Source of the DNA: an uncultured Bifidobacteriaceae bacterium
Lineage (GTDB): Bacteria > Verrucomicrobiota > Verrucomicrobiia > Limisphaerales > JADLHS01
Reading direction: 5' to 3'
NCBI GenBank assembly: GCA_964456685.1
Contig: CAYWCK010000001.1
Span: 1 to 57,648 of the forward strand
Length of the DNA stretch: 57,648 bases
Part shown: one piece after another, positions 1 to 9,753 of the stretch
Numbering within the stretch: position 1 is the stretch's first letter
Layout: each line of letters opens with the position of its first letter
Program-made: the position numbers and the translations under genes
The notes under the pieces: model-generated
Told to the model about the DNA's origin: nothing
The model's input: only the letters and a program-made list of their open reading frames with translations
Databases searched by the model: none

Positions 1-525
1 GGCGAATTTGGTGGCGAATATTTTGGGGGGAAACCAGTGGGTCATCAAACGCGCGCAAGGCGGAAAGCCCATGCCTTGAACCCAGCCGTTGACGAGCCAG
101 AGCAGCCCGAGCGTGATCGCCGCCGAACTCAGGCCGAAGAAAATGTTCACCATGGCCGAGAGGAGCAGCCCCACTGCCATGAAGGTACGCGCGTTGGCCC
201 GGTCCCCGAGAAAGCCGTTGGCAAACTTGGACACACCGTAAAGCAAACCGTGCAGGGTCAGAAAAAGGCCGAGGTCGGCCTTCGTCAAACCGAGGTCCTT
301 GCCCATCGCCGGCATTGCCACGCTGAGATTCTTGCGGACGAAATAGAACATCGCATAGCCGACGATGGTGGAAAGCAGGATGCGCCATTGCCAGTAACGG
401 TACTGCCGCTGGATTTCAGCCGGGTCCGTGAGCATTGAGGCCGCGGGCGGCGCCGGGGCAAACACGCGCAGGAACGCCGGCAGGCGCGGGCGCGGGCTGG
501 CAGCGGAATCGAGCGATGAGTTCAT
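1..525 (-). CDS. glpT: Organophosphate:Pi antiporter (MFS, OPA family, GlpT-like). This is the N-terminal part; the gene runs off the left edge.
   Basis: It is absent from the ORF track because no stop lies inside the window. My own minus-strand translation from the ATG at 525 gives MNSSLDSAASPRPRLPAFLRVFAPAPPAASMLTDPAEIQRQYRYWQWRILLSTIVGYAMFYFVRKNLSVAMPAMGKDLGLTKADLG...LWLVNGWVQGMGFPPCARLMTHWFPPK. This matches the GlpT N-terminal signature (GYAxYYxVRKN ... GWFQGMGWPPCxRxMxHWW). An alternative start is Met31 at 435. Confidence 0.8.
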   Translation of the reverse strand, partial: MNSSLDSAASPRPRLPAFLRVFAPAPPAASMLTDPAEIQRQYRYWQWRILLSTIVGYAMFYFVRKNLSVAMPAMGKDLGLTKADLGLFLTLHGLLYGVSKFANGFLGDRANARTFMAVGLLLSAMVNIFFGLSSAAITLGLLWLVNGWVQGMGFPPCARLMTHWFPPKIFATKFA

Positions 526-561
526 GCCACTGGGCTGGTGCGTGAATTTGGTTCCCGGAAG

Positions 562-1914
562 TCAATCCTCGTGCCGGGCATTCCACACCAGCAAAGGCAG
601 CACCAGCGCAAAGACCGAGGCGATCACCCAGAAATGACCCACGGTTGTGAAATCGTAGATGGCCTTGCCATTCGCACCGATGGTTTGGTGGGCTTTGAGC
701 AGGTATCCTCCCACAGCCTCCTGCAAAGAGGCGCCCGCGTAACTAAAAAGACCGATGACTCCCATGACCGCGCCCGTGGCCTTCTTGGAACAGATGTCCA
801 CCGCCATCAAACCGCCGAGATAACTGACGAGGGCATAGACCGTGTAACCGAAGAACACCATGCTCGCGTAGTCGCTCCACGGATGGCCGGCCGGCACATA
901 GACAAAGGTCGCCGTGGACAGGACAAAAAAGATGCCAAACAACAGGCAGGGCACGCTGCGTTTGTGATGGAAGAATTTGTCGGAAATCCAGCCGCAGGTG
1001 ATCGCGCCGGCGATGCCGGCGAATTGCGAAATGGAGATGATCGCGCTGGCCTGCTTCAGGCTGTAGCCTTTGGCTTCAGTGAGGAACACCACGCCCCACG
1101 ATTCGAAGGCATACCGCGTCACGTAACAAGCCGCGGAGGACAAACCCAGAATCCAGACGGCGGGTCGGAGGATGACGCCCAATTGCGCTTTGAGCAGCGG
1201 TTTGTCCTTGGCTTGGTGTTCCGCGTGGGTCAGGTCGCCAGAATAAATGGCAATCGGCGGCAGACCGTACACCTGGGGGCGGTCGTACATGAACAGATAG
1301 AGAAAAACTGCGGCCGTGATGCCCAACAACCCGGGCGCAATGAAACCCATGTGCCAGCCGAAGGCGGCGACAATGTGAGCGGTAAAAATATAGGTCAGAC
1401 CCGTACCGATATTGTGCGCTGAAAACCAGACGCCATACAATGTGCCGCGTTCCTTGTTGGAGAACCACTGGTTCAACGAAACAACACAGGGTGCCGCCCC
1501 GAATGTTTGGAACCAACCACACAGCCCCCACAACACCGCGAACAGATAGAAGCTGGAACAAAATCCCAGGCAGACCAGCAAAGTGGACGAGCCCAGCAAG
1601 CCCAGGGCGAGGAAGCGTTTGATGTTCAGCCGATCCGCCAGAAAGCCGTTCACGCATTTGCCGATCATATACGTGAAATAAAACACGGACCCGATCTGGC
1701 CCAGTTGGGCGGCATCGAAAACGCCCGCCTCCAGCAGCGGCTTCTTCACCACGGCATAGCCCTGCCGGATGACGTAATACATCGCGTAGCCGAGCGTGAT
1801 CGAAAGAAAGACCGAGATGCGGCTGCGACGATAGCGGCGCTTTATTTCGGCCTCGTCACTCAGCGGCGTGGCCTCCGGACCCGTGAGGAAGAATTTGAGA
1901 ATCGCGTTAGCCAA
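562..1914 (-). CDS. glpT: Glycerol-3-phosphate/hexose-phosphate:Pi antiporter (MFS, OPA family, GlpT/UhpC-like)
   Basis: 450-aa multi-TM ORF. Motifs are RRYRRSRISVFLSITLGYAMYYVIRQ and GWFQTFGAAPCVVSLNQWFSNKERGTLYGVWFSAHNIGTG (compare E. coli GlpT GWFQGMGWPPC...[23 protein letters not shown]). It lies directly downstream of glpD on the same strand. Confidence 0.85.
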   Translation of the reverse strand: MANAILKFFLTGPEATPLSDEAEIKRRYRRSRISVFLSITLGYAMYYVIRQGYAVVKKPLLEAGVFDAAQLGQIGSVFYFTYMIGKCVNGFLADRLNIKRFLALGLLGSSTLLVCLGFCSSFYLFAVLWGLCGWFQTFGAAPCVVSLNQWFSNKERGTLYGVWFSAHNIGTGLTYIFTAHIVAAFGWHMGFIAPGLLGITAAVFLYLFMYDRPQVYGLPPIAIYSGDLTHAEHQAKDKPLLKAQLGVILRPAVWILGLSSAACYVTRYAFESWGVVFLTEAKGYSLKQASAIISISQFAGIAGAITCGWISDKFFHHKRSVPCLLFGIFFVLSTATFVYVPAGHPWSDYASMVFFGYTVYALVSYLGGLMAVDICSKKATGAVMGVIGLFSYAGASLQEAVGGYLLKAHQTIGANGKAIYDFTTVGHFWVIASVFALVLPLLVWNARHED

Positions 1915-2024
1915 GCCGCACCTCCGAGGGTGATGGGCTCAAGCCAAGGCGCCCCAACGCGCCCTGGCTTCGGTGGCATGATGATGCCGCGGCGGCGCCT
2001 GGCCGCGGTCGGCCCAGCGCAACT

Positions 2025-3554
2025 TCACGCCAGTGGATGAGCCGGCTGATCATGCGGTTGGTTGGCGGGCATCGTCGCGGGTTTCGCTCCCGATGTCGAG
2101 CCGGCGGCTTTGCGGTAGCGTTCCAATTCCGCCGCACGCTGCGCGGCGGACCAACCCAGCAATTCACCCATCCAATCCGCCGCGCGCTCGGCTTTTTGCG
2201 CCGCATCCCGGTGATAATAGTGCCAACTGGTGCGGCGGATCATGACGTCGTCGAGATGAATAGCCCACTCATTCGCCACGTAATGGTCCAGCGCGCGCCG
2301 GCTGAATTCGGGTGGCAGAATGCCGCTGAAGTTTTCAGTCTCGCTGGCGGGCAGCAACGGTTCCTGCGCAGTGCGACACGGTTGGAATACCTTGTTCCGG
2401 GGCAGAAACTTGACGATTTGGTCCACGGTTTGTTCGGCCATGAGCCGATAGGTGGTCAGCTTGCCGCCGGCCACATCCCACCAGCCCGGCTCGGGATGGG
2501 TGATCTCGTGCGAACGCGAGACGTCCGATGGCTTGCCGTTCGGATCGGCAATCAGCGGGCGCAACCCCGCCCAGGCGCTGATGACATCGGGTGCAGTCAG
2601 TCTGGCCGACGGGAAGAATTGATTCGTGATTTGCAGTACGTAGGCGATGTCGGATTCGTCCGCTGTCACATCGTCGAGCGGTCCATGATAATCGGTATCG
2701 GTCGTGCCGATGATCGTGCGTTCACCCCACGGAATCGCGAACAGGATGCGTTTGCCCTCGGTCATCACCACCGTGTCCGGCACCGGCACGCGCGTGCGCT
2801 CGACCACAAGATGAATGCCCTTGGTGACGCGCAATTTCACCTGGCTGTGCGGCAAACCGTCCGCCCACGGTCCGGTGGCGTTGACCACGGTGCGGGCGCG
2901 GACGGTGAATTTTGTTTCCGCCAACAGGTCTTCCATTTCGCATTCCCAAAACTCGCCCCGCTTGGCGTCGTTGAATCGGCAGTGGTTGAGGATGCTGGCC
3001 CCGTTCTTGGCGGCCGCGCGCAACGTGTCGAGCGTGAGCCGCGCGTCGTTGGTGAAGCCGTCGTAGTAGCGGACGGCGCCATTGAGATTACTTTCCGTGA
3101 GTGCGGGCACTTTGGCCAGCGTCTCCCGTTTGGTGAGCCAGGTGGACTTGCCCAGATTCCGGCCGCCGCAGAGCAGGTCGTAAATCTTGACGCCAATCTT
3201 CAACTGCCAGAGGACCCAGTGCTTGTTGCCGCGGTAGGTTGGAAAAATGAACGGCAGCGGATCCGCGAGATGGGGTGCGATCTGATGGATGATTTTCTTC
3301 TCTACGCTCGCTTCGTGCACAAGCCCGACCCGCCCTTGGGCCAGATAACGCAGCCCACCATGCAGCAACCGGCTCGAACGGCTGCTGGTGCCGAAGGCAA
3401 AGTCGAACTGTTCGACCAGGCCCACCTTGAGTCCCCGCATTGCCGCGTCCCGGGCCACCCCCGAACCGACAATGCCGCCGCCGATGATCAGCAGGTCCAG
3501 CGGACCTTGCGTCAGCGCGCGGAGTGATTGTTCCCGTTGTTGTCCAAGTTTCAT
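2025..3554 (-). CDS. glpD: FAD-dependent (aerobic) glycerol-3-phosphate dehydrogenase
   Basis: 509 aa. The N-terminal FAD fold is LDLLIIGGGIVGSGVARDAAMRGLKVGLVEQFDFAFGTSSRSSRLLHGGLRYL, which is collinear with E. coli GlpD. Its start overlaps the stop of the upstream HAD gene by 4 nt. Confidence 0.9.
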   Translation of the reverse strand: MKLGQQREQSLRALTQGPLDLLIIGGGIVGSGVARDAAMRGLKVGLVEQFDFAFGTSSRSSRLLHGGLRYLAQGRVGLVHEASVEKKIIHQIAPHLADPLPFIFPTYRGNKHWVLWQLKIGVKIYDLLCGGRNLGKSTWLTKRETLAKVPALTESNLNGAVRYYDGFTNDARLTLDTLRAAAKNGASILNHCRFNDAKRGEFWECEMEDLLAETKFTVRARTVVNATGPWADGLPHSQVKLRVTKGIHLVVERTRVPVPDTVVMTEGKRILFAIPWGERTIIGTTDTDYHGPLDDVTADESDIAYVLQITNQFFPSARLTAPDVISAWAGLRPLIADPNGKPSDVSRSHEITHPEPGWWDVAGGKLTTYRLMAEQTVDQIVKFLPRNKVFQPCRTAQEPLLPASETENFSGILPPEFSRRALDHYVANEWAIHLDDVMIRRTSWHYYHRDAAQKAERAADWMGELLGWSAAQRAAELERYRKAAGSTSGAKPATMPANQPHDQPAHPLA

Positions 3555-4477
3555 AAATTCTTTCCCAGCTTCGCCGCGTGGAGCTTCTCGCCGAATTCGG
3601 CGAGGTTGGCAGCTACCAGATCGGGGGCCGGCTGAAAAGCAGCGGCTTCGGCGGCGGTGGCTTCGCCCGTCAATACCAGCACGCCGAATGCGCCGGCGCG
3701 TCGGGCCATGGCCATGTCCGTGTAGAATCGATCGCCAACCATCGCGAGTTGATCGGCGCGCAATTCGTGGCGTTGCAGCAGACCGCGCAACATGCGCGGA
3801 TCCGGTTTGCCCAAGACCGCGTCCGGCTCACGTCCGGTTGCCGCCTTGATCGCGGCGATGACCGCACCGCAATCCACCAACACCGTCGGCGCGTCCGTGG
3901 GACAAATGCGATCCGGATGCGAAGCGAGATAAGGCTTGCCGCGCTTGACCCACCAGGCCGCGCGGCACAGGCGCGCATAAACCAGTTCGGTGTCAAAGCC
4001 CAGCACCACCGCTTCCGGTTCGTCGCCGGGGTTGTCGTGCGTAATCGTATAGCCCGCCTCCGCAAGTTCTTCACGCATGCTCACCGTGCCGAGCACAAAG
4101 AGCCGGCGCACCGCGGGCATCTGCTCACGCAGGAATTCAAGGGTGGCGTGGGTTGAGGTAAAAAGCTGGTCCGGCTTGGCCGCAACGCCCATCCGTTGCA
4201 GGTGCTTGAGGTAATCCTTGACGCTCTTGGAGGAATTGTTGGTCAGAAAAGAGTAGCCGACACCCAATTCGCGGAGGCCGTCCAGAAAGCGATTGGTGAA
4301 ATCGAACAACGTGCCGCCGCTGTAAATCGTGCCGTCCATGTCCAGCGCGACATGCTTGATCCGCTGCAACCGTTCCTGAAGTTCCATTCCGGTGCGCACA
4401 CCCGGGGTGGCGCCGACTGGCAGGGCGGGCAAGGCGGCGCTGCTTGCAGCTGCTGGCATGTTCATGGGAAGGCTCAT
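3551..4477 (-). CDS. HAD-superfamily subfamily IIA phosphatase (NagD/sugar-phosphatase-like)
   Basis: HAD motif I is ALDMDGTIY. LTNNSS and GKP are present, and motif IV is MVGDRFYTDM. The protein is collinear with NagD-type HAD-IIA enzymes. There are 4-nt overlaps with both neighbours. An alternative start is Met31 at 4387. Confidence 0.8.
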   Translation of the reverse strand: MSLPMNMPAAASSAALPALPVGATPGVRTGMELQERLQRIKHVALDMDGTIYSGGTLFDFTNRFLDGLRELGVGYSFLTNNSSKSVKDYLKHLQRMGVAAKPDQLFTSTHATLEFLREQMPAVRRLFVLGTVSMREELAEAGYTITHDNPGDEPEAVVLGFDTELVYARLCRAAWWVKRGKPYLASHPDRICPTDAPTVLVDCGAVIAAIKAATGREPDAVLGKPDPRMLRGLLQRHELRADQLAMVGDRFYTDMAMARRAGAFGVLVLTGEATAAEAAAFQPAPDLVAANLAEFGEKLHAAKLGKNL

Positions 4478-6591
4478 TTGGCGGCGGCCTTTGCCGGCTT
4501 TTTCTTGGAAGCCTTGTTGGTTGTTTTAACCACGATCAAAGGTGAATCGGCCAGGAAAGTGCGATACAAGGCGCGGTCCTTTGCCGCCGCCTGCACACGG
4601 GCATCCAGTTGACGGGTGAAATCCGCCGGGCGGTCCCGGTAAAGCAAGCCCAGCAGCTGGCCGGCGATAGCGTCATCGGCTTTGGTCAATTGGCCCCAGG
4701 CGCTTTCCAGGTCGCTTCCAATGCTCGCGAGGATCGCTCGGGCGGTCTCGCGCGGACTCGAGAACTTTCCATCGCCATCGTTGTCGAGATAGAGCGGGTT
4801 CACGACCGCGGCTGTGAACTTGCCCGTCGTTGGCCAGTAGGGTCCGGTGATCGCATCGCCAAAGACCCCGCACACCAGGTGCGTGTCGTGGGCCGGCAAC
4901 TTGATCGTGAATTCCAAGCGCTCCTCGAAGGGCTGATCGGCCAGTGGTTGAAGTTTTTTCTCCGCTACCGGTAGGCCATTGAGAAGGATGATTGCCCGCC
5001 GAGGTTTCACCCAGTCCGCCGCCGCGACCCGCAGCTGCACGGTCACCTGGCCGTTTTCGGGGCGCAACATTTCGCCGGGCCGGTGGCGGTGGTTCACCGT
5101 CGCTTGCGCGAAGATGCCGTAACTCACCGTGGTGTCGCCGGCGAGAAAGTTGCGGCAGAGTTCGTCCACCTGGAGGCGCGTGGGATCGTCCGTGGAACTG
5201 CGAAGGTAAGTGCGGCCCTGGCCAACCGGATTGAAAACCGTGTGCGAATCCGAACTGCCGACGCCGGTGACTTTCTCGCCGCGATTCATCACCGCGAACC
5301 AGTCGGCCAACAGATTGAGCTGGTTCGCGCGGATATCGTCGCGGTCCACGGTCGAGGGCGAACTGGAATTAACCAACTCCATGGCGTCGAAGGTGAAGGC
5401 GGTTCCCTTGGGGCGCTCACCCGTGGCGCGATTGAAGGCAAACTTGGCGAATGGATTGTTGGTCGGGTCGGGCCAGCGTGGGTGGTTCAACACCACGACG
5501 CGCGCGCCCTTGAGCCGCATGTCACTTACGAGCTTGACCCAGTTGTCCTCCTTGGAATCCGGCAGCGCACCGCCGATTGGCATGGGGAACGCGTTGAGAT
5601 GACCGTTGCGCGTGGTGACTTCATTCCCGGTCACTGGCGTGAAGAAATCATTCAGGGATTGTTGTTCCTGATAGGGCCGGTAATCGGTGTGATGGTTGTG
5701 GTCGGTGGCGATGGCCAGTTCGACGCCTTCGCCGGCAATGGTCAGCATGCGTTCCTCAATCGTGGCATCGCCGTGGCCGCTGAAGGTGACCGTATGAATG
5801 TGCGTATCCGCGGCCACAAAGCCGGTGGTGTCCACCTGCCGGCGCAACCGCAGATTCACCCGCGCAGTTTCGTTGGCAGAGACGGCCGCGGTTGCCCGGG
5901 CCAGACTCCATTCCATCCCGCGCGTGGCATAAATTTCGTAACGGCCTTCCGGCAATTCGAACTGAGTTTCCTTTCCGGTGGAATAAAAGAAACCATCGCG
6001 CACCGCGCCAGCGGGGGCACGCAAATCGAAAATCTCGGCCTTCCGCCCCTCGCTGTCCGTGAGCGTCAGACGCGCCGGCAGTGGCCGGCCGGTGTCCGCA
6101 TCGGTCACCGTCACGGTGACCGGCCGCAGCTTGAGCAGCGTGCGCAGCGGTTGGCGGTAGAGTTGAACCTGGCCAAAGGACATGCGCTTCATCGGCGCTG
6201 CGCCGACAACACTCAAGACATTCTGGCCGTCCCGCAGCGTGCCGGGCGGCAAGGTGAAATAGCTTTTCACTTCGCCACCATAGGAGCGGGGGATGGCTTG
6301 CAACGTGTGACCGTTCACCGCCAGGGACCAAACACTTGTCACCTGACGATGGCTCATTTGAATCACCACCTCAGCCTCATTCGCCGTGGACGTGAAGGCG
6401 ATTTCGCTGCGGGCATTCTCCGGTTTGTCACCGGCAGTCCGAAATTCCTCGGCGATGACGAGGTCGGGTTTCGGCAGCGCAGCCGGCAGCAACCCGGGCG
6501 AGGCCAGCAGCAGCGCTACCACTGCCGCGAGCGTGCGAAGCTCAGCGACTGGCCTGAATTTTCCTCTCAATTGCGCGCCGCGCCGATTCAT
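4474..6591 (-). CDS. Secreted PHP-domain metallohydrolase (CehA/McbA-like)
   Basis: 705 aa. It has an N-terminal signal-like segment (LRTLAAVVALLLASPGLLPAA). The PHP-type metal motifs are ADTHIHTVTFSGHGD ... LAIATDHNHH ... GSSDSH. The substrate is unknown. Confidence 0.7.
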   Translation of the reverse strand: MNRRGAQLRGKFRPVAELRTLAAVVALLLASPGLLPAALPKPDLVIAEEFRTAGDKPENARSEIAFTSTANEAEVVIQMSHRQVTSVWSLAVNGHTLQAIPRSYGGEVKSYFTLPPGTLRDGQNVLSVVGAAPMKRMSFGQVQLYRQPLRTLLKLRPVTVTVTDADTGRPLPARLTLTDSEGRKAEIFDLRAPAGAVRDGFFYSTGKETQFELPEGRYEIYATRGMEWSLARATAAVSANETARVNLRLRRQVDTTGFVAADTHIHTVTFSGHGDATIEERMLTIAGEGVELAIATDHNHHTDYRPYQEQQSLNDFFTPVTGNEVTTRNGHLNAFPMPIGGALPDSKEDNWVKLVSDMRLKGARVVVLNHPRWPDPTNNPFAKFAFNRATGERPKGTAFTFDAMELVNSSSPSTVDRDDIRANQLNLLADWFAVMNRGEKVTGVGSSDSHTVFNPVGQGRTYLRSSTDDPTRLQVDELCRNFLAGDTTVSYGIFAQATVNHRHRPGEMLRPENGQVTVQLRVAAADWVKPRRAIILLNGLPVAEKKLQPLADQPFEERLEFTIKLPAHDTHLVCGVFGDAITGPYWPTTGKFTAAVVNPLYLDNDGDGKFSSPRETARAILASIGSDLESAWGQLTKADDAIAGQLLGLLYRDRPADFTRQLDARVQAAAKDRALYRTFLADSPLIVVKTTNKASKKKPAKAAAK

Positions 6592-9500
6592 TGAATGACC
6601 TTGAGGCGGTAAAAGCGCTGACCGTTTGGCGGCGCGCCGCCCGTCTGGGTGTAATCATCCACGAAAGTCTCCGATGACGGTGTGCCGTATGGAGCCGGAT
6701 CCATTTCCACATTCAACGGACGGACGACATCGATGAAGTTTCCATCCACGCCCCCACCGCCGTTCCCATTCGCGTACTGCACGCGATAACGCGTGCCGCC
6801 CACGGTTGGCCAGACCAGGGTCACATGGCCATTGGCTGCGCGCGTGGCGCTGCCGATTTGCAGCACCGAAGCGGCATTGGTCGGATTCGTGTTGGCGTAG
6901 TACTCCTGCAGGTTCGTCTCGCCGTCGCCATCGTCATCGGCACCCGGATTGGAAATCCCGAACATCGCCTCCCAACCATCCGGCAGACCGCTGGCGTTGG
7001 CGTCCGGCGGGGCGACGATGTTGAAATTCATCGTGGCGATCGAACTTCCGGCGGTGCCGTCGTGGGCGCTGAAGGTGAAACGATCTGAGCCGCGATAACC
7101 CCGCACCGGGATGTAAGTGTAAGCGCCACCGACGGGAGTGAAGGGCTTGAGCACGCCGTGCGTGGGCAGGGTGTTCGTCTGGAAGGTGAGCGTGTCGCCG
7201 TTCGGATCCACCGCCACGAGATTTAGGTTCGTCGGCGCATCGCCGTAAATGGTGATGAGCGCGTTGGCCACCGTCGGCGCCGTGTTGGGTGCGGTGGTGA
7301 ATCGCCATGCCGGGCTGGTGGTCGAGTTGCCGACTTCGTCATTGACGACCACATACCATTCATAGGCGGTGTTCGACTGGCGGCTTGGCCAGGGCAGGCT
7401 GGCAAGGTTGCCGGAGGGAACATTCGAAATCGTGCCAATCAGTGCATACGGTCCGCCGTTCGAACCCACGGGATGCGACATGTCGTAATCAAACCAGAAG
7501 TCACTGATTGGTCCCGTGGCATAGGTCTTGAAGTACGGCGAGTAGGTGGTGAGCACCACCTGATTCAAGCTGGGTGAGAAATCAATGATCCGCATGAAGC
7601 CGCTGCCACCGTTGGTCCAGCCCTGGTAATCCGAAACGAACGTGCGGACAGTGTTGCCTTGATAGGTGTCCGCACGCCACCCCTCACCCGTGACGTGGCC
7701 GGCCAACATCATGAAAACGTTCTTGTTCGTCTTGACGGCGTTGTAAATGGCGGTGCCTTGCGCGCTGAAACTGACCGGGATGGACGTGTTGCCGAAATTG
7801 TGGGTGACGATGATCGCGCGCCGATTCTGGTTCGTGCGCAACACGTCGTTGGCCCAATTCAACCATTGCGGATTCAACGTGTTGTCGAATTGCAGATAAA
7901 CCACAACGAAGTCCATGCCCCCGGCACTGAAGAAATCGAAATGGTTGTTGTTGTTTGTTCCCCAGTGGCCGGCGTAATACGGCTTGCCGGTGAAGTGGGG
8001 CACGCCGAAATACTCGTTGTAAAAAAGCGTCGTACCGGTGGAATCCCCAATTGGTTCCTCGTCATGATTGCCCACCGCCACGCCGTAGGGAATGCCGCCC
8101 GGCAACAAGGTGCGCCCGGAATCTTCCAGGCGATAAATGGCATTCGTCCCGTTGCGCCATTCCGTCCGGTTGTCGGCGCCGCTCTTAATGTCGCCATTCT
8201 GACTGAAATCGCCCAGATGCGCCACGTAGGCAATGTTGCGCGACACACGGTTGGTGATGATCCACTCGGCCTGCGCGATAAACATCTCCTTCGTTCCGCC
8301 GTTCAGTTCGCCGGTGTAGAACTGCGTGTCCGGCAGCGCGACGATTGAAAAGTCCACCGCCGGATTCACCTGGGCCACGCGACCGTAATAACTCACGGTG
8401 AGATTGCCGGGGGCGGCGTTGGAAACATTGACCTGCAGGTTGGGCGAATTGGGCTGGCCGACGGCATTGTGCAACGGCGCGACGACCGCCGCCGTGGCTG
8501 CCGCAGGAATGAACACAAACGAAGCCACTGGTTCGCCGCCGCCGCCGGGTGTCTGCAATCCAGGTGAGCTGGCCGGTAAATCACGGGATTGAATGATCCA
8601 GCCGTCGCCGTCCGGCTGATAACTGACGATGTTGTCCTGATTCTGACTGAGCCCGCCTTCCGCCGAAATGATGAGCACGCCGCCATCGGGTGAATGCCCC
8701 GGAATGGTCAAGCGCCAAGTGCCCGTGGCGGTGTTCGTCACGGTGTATGCCGGAGTGGCGCCGCTATAAATCAGGCGCGTTCCGTCACCGCGGAAACGGC
8801 CGGAAATGACGGTCGTGTTGGTCTTTGGGATGTACACGAACGCCACCGGGTCCTGTTCATACGAGCCGGCATCCGTGCCGTTGTCTTTCACATAAACCGT
8901 CCAAGTGCCGTTGTTGCTGTTGACTTGGGAGAGGGCGTAGTTGTCTTCATTCTTCCCGTGCGTCACCAGCAATACGCCGTCGGTGCGCGCGTCCACACCA
9001 AAGCTCGTGAGATTGACGATGTTCGTGCCGCCGCCAACGTTGACGTAATGCGTGCCGAGCACGAGACCGGGCGAGCCGGTGAAGAGGTCGTTCGGCCCAC
9101 CGTTAGTGGCGCCCGAGTTCCGCGCAAAACCGGCGAGCCAGTTGGAGTACGAGAAAAAGGCAGCGGCGATGTTGATGTTGAATTCGTCACCGGTCGGCGC
9201 TTGAAAGACGGGGATGTAAAATGCGCCGGCGCTCCCGCCGGACCGGCTGTAATCGATTGCCGTGGTGCAATAATTTACGCCGGGATAGGTGGCTTCGCCG
9301 TTGTCCCGGCCATTCTGCGCCACGCAGGTCATGACCACCCCATTGTCCACATCGTCGCTGAAGCCGATACCGATCTGGAGATTGAAATCGCCGCGGTTGG
9401 AATCCTCGCGGATGGTCAGGTCCCCGACGGTGAGTGTGGCGGTGACGGTGACGGAATCCACCGTATTGCTGATGTCATGTTGAACGACATTGATCAGCGC

Positions 9501-9617
9501 GGCGGCCACTGCCGGGTCGGCGTCCTGTGCGGATAGCTTCAAGCCCAGGAATGCAGTTGCACCGAACAGCGAAACTGCCAGCAACCTCCTGCACGACGTT
9601 AGACTTCTTAGTTTCAT
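6588..9617 (-). CDS. Giant secreted protein: N-terminal module of unknown function, a calcineurin-like metallophosphoesterase domain, Ig/cadherin-like repeats, a thrombospondin-type-3-like Asp-rich segment and a C-terminal 'FYRL' domain
   Basis: The ORF track gives 6588..9719. I prefer Met35 (ATG at 9617), which begins a signal peptide (MKLRSLTSCRRLLAVSLFGATAFLGLKLSAQD). Metallophosphoesterase motifs are ALPDTQFY, HLGDFSQNGD, VGNHDEE, IIVTHN and LAGHVTGEG. The Asp-rich segment is GADDDGDGETNLQEYYANTNP. The protein ends ...GQRFYRLKVIQ. Confidence 0.75.
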   Translation of the reverse strand: MKLRSLTSCRRLLAVSLFGATAFLGLKLSAQDADPAVAAALINVVQHDISNTVDSVTVTATLTVGDLTIREDSNRGDFNLQIGIGFSDDVDNGVVMTCVAQNGRDNGEATYPGVNYCTTAIDYSRSGGSAGAFYIPVFQAPTGDEFNINIAAAFFSYSNWLAGFARNSGATNGGPNDLFTGSPGLVLGTHYVNVGGGTNIVNLTSFGVDARTDGVLLVTHGKNEDNYALSQVNSNNGTWTVYVKDNGTDAGSYEQDPVAFVYIPKTNTTVISGRFRGDGTRLIYSGATPAYTVTNTATGTWRLTIPGHSPDGGVLIISAEGGLSQNQDNIVSYQPDGDGWIIQSRDLPASSPGLQTPGGGGEPVASFVFIPAAATAAVVAPLHNAVGQPNSPNLQVNVSNAAPGNLTVSYYGRVAQVNPAVDFSIVALPDTQFYTGELNGGTKEMFIAQAEWIITNRVSRNIAYVAHLGDFSQNGDIKSGADNRTEWRNGTNAIYRLEDSGRTLLPGGIPYGVAVGNHDEEPIGDSTGTTLFYNEYFGVPHFTGKPYYAGHWGTNNNNHFDFFSAGGMDFVVVYLQFDNTLNPQWLNWANDVLRTNQNRRAIIVTHNFGNTSIPVSFSAQGTAIYNAVKTNKNVFMMLAGHVTGEGWRADTYQGNTVRTFVSDYQGWTNGGSGFMRIIDFSPSLNQVVLTTYSPYFKTYATGPISDFWFDYDMSHPVGSNGGPYALIGTISNVPSGNLASLPWPSRQSNTAYEWYVVVNDEVGNSTTSPAWRFTTAPNTAPTVANALITIYGDAPTNLNLVAVDPNGDTLTFQTNTLPTHGVLKPFTPVGGAYTYIPVRGYRGSDRFTFSAHDGTAGSSIATMNFNIVAPPDANASGLPDGWEAMFGISNPGADDDGDGETNLQEYYANTNPTNAASVLQIGSATRAANGHVTLVWPTVGGTRYRVQYANGNGGGGVDGNFIDVVRPLNVEMDPAPYGTPSSETFVDDYTQTGGAPPNGQRFYRLKVIQ

Positions 9618-9679
9618 CTCCACTTGTTTCCGACGGTGGTCCCGCTTTGGGGCGAGAAAAAATCCGTCTTTTTGAACAA

Positions 9680-9707
9680 GCCGCAGGGCGGTTGCCCACC
9701 CTGCGGC
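9680..9707 (-). other. GC-rich hairpin between the two giant genes (possible intra-operon attenuator or mRNA-stabilising stem)
   Basis: A 9-bp perfect stem gccgcaggg (9680-9688) / ccctgcggc (9699-9707) with a 10-nt loop. No convincing U-tract follows on the minus strand, so it is not a clear terminator. Confidence 0.35.
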
Positions 9708-9753
9708 GTTGTTACTCACCTACAACCCAATCCCACCAACTCCAAAGAACCGA

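Noticed and set aside
2037-3527. A 496-aa ORF on the plus strand
   Set aside because: It is antisense to glpD, whose FAD-binding and family motifs are unambiguous. It has no motifs of its own.
5083-6594. A 503-aa ORF on the plus strand
   Set aside because: It is antisense to the PHP metallohydrolase gene. It is a shadow ORF.
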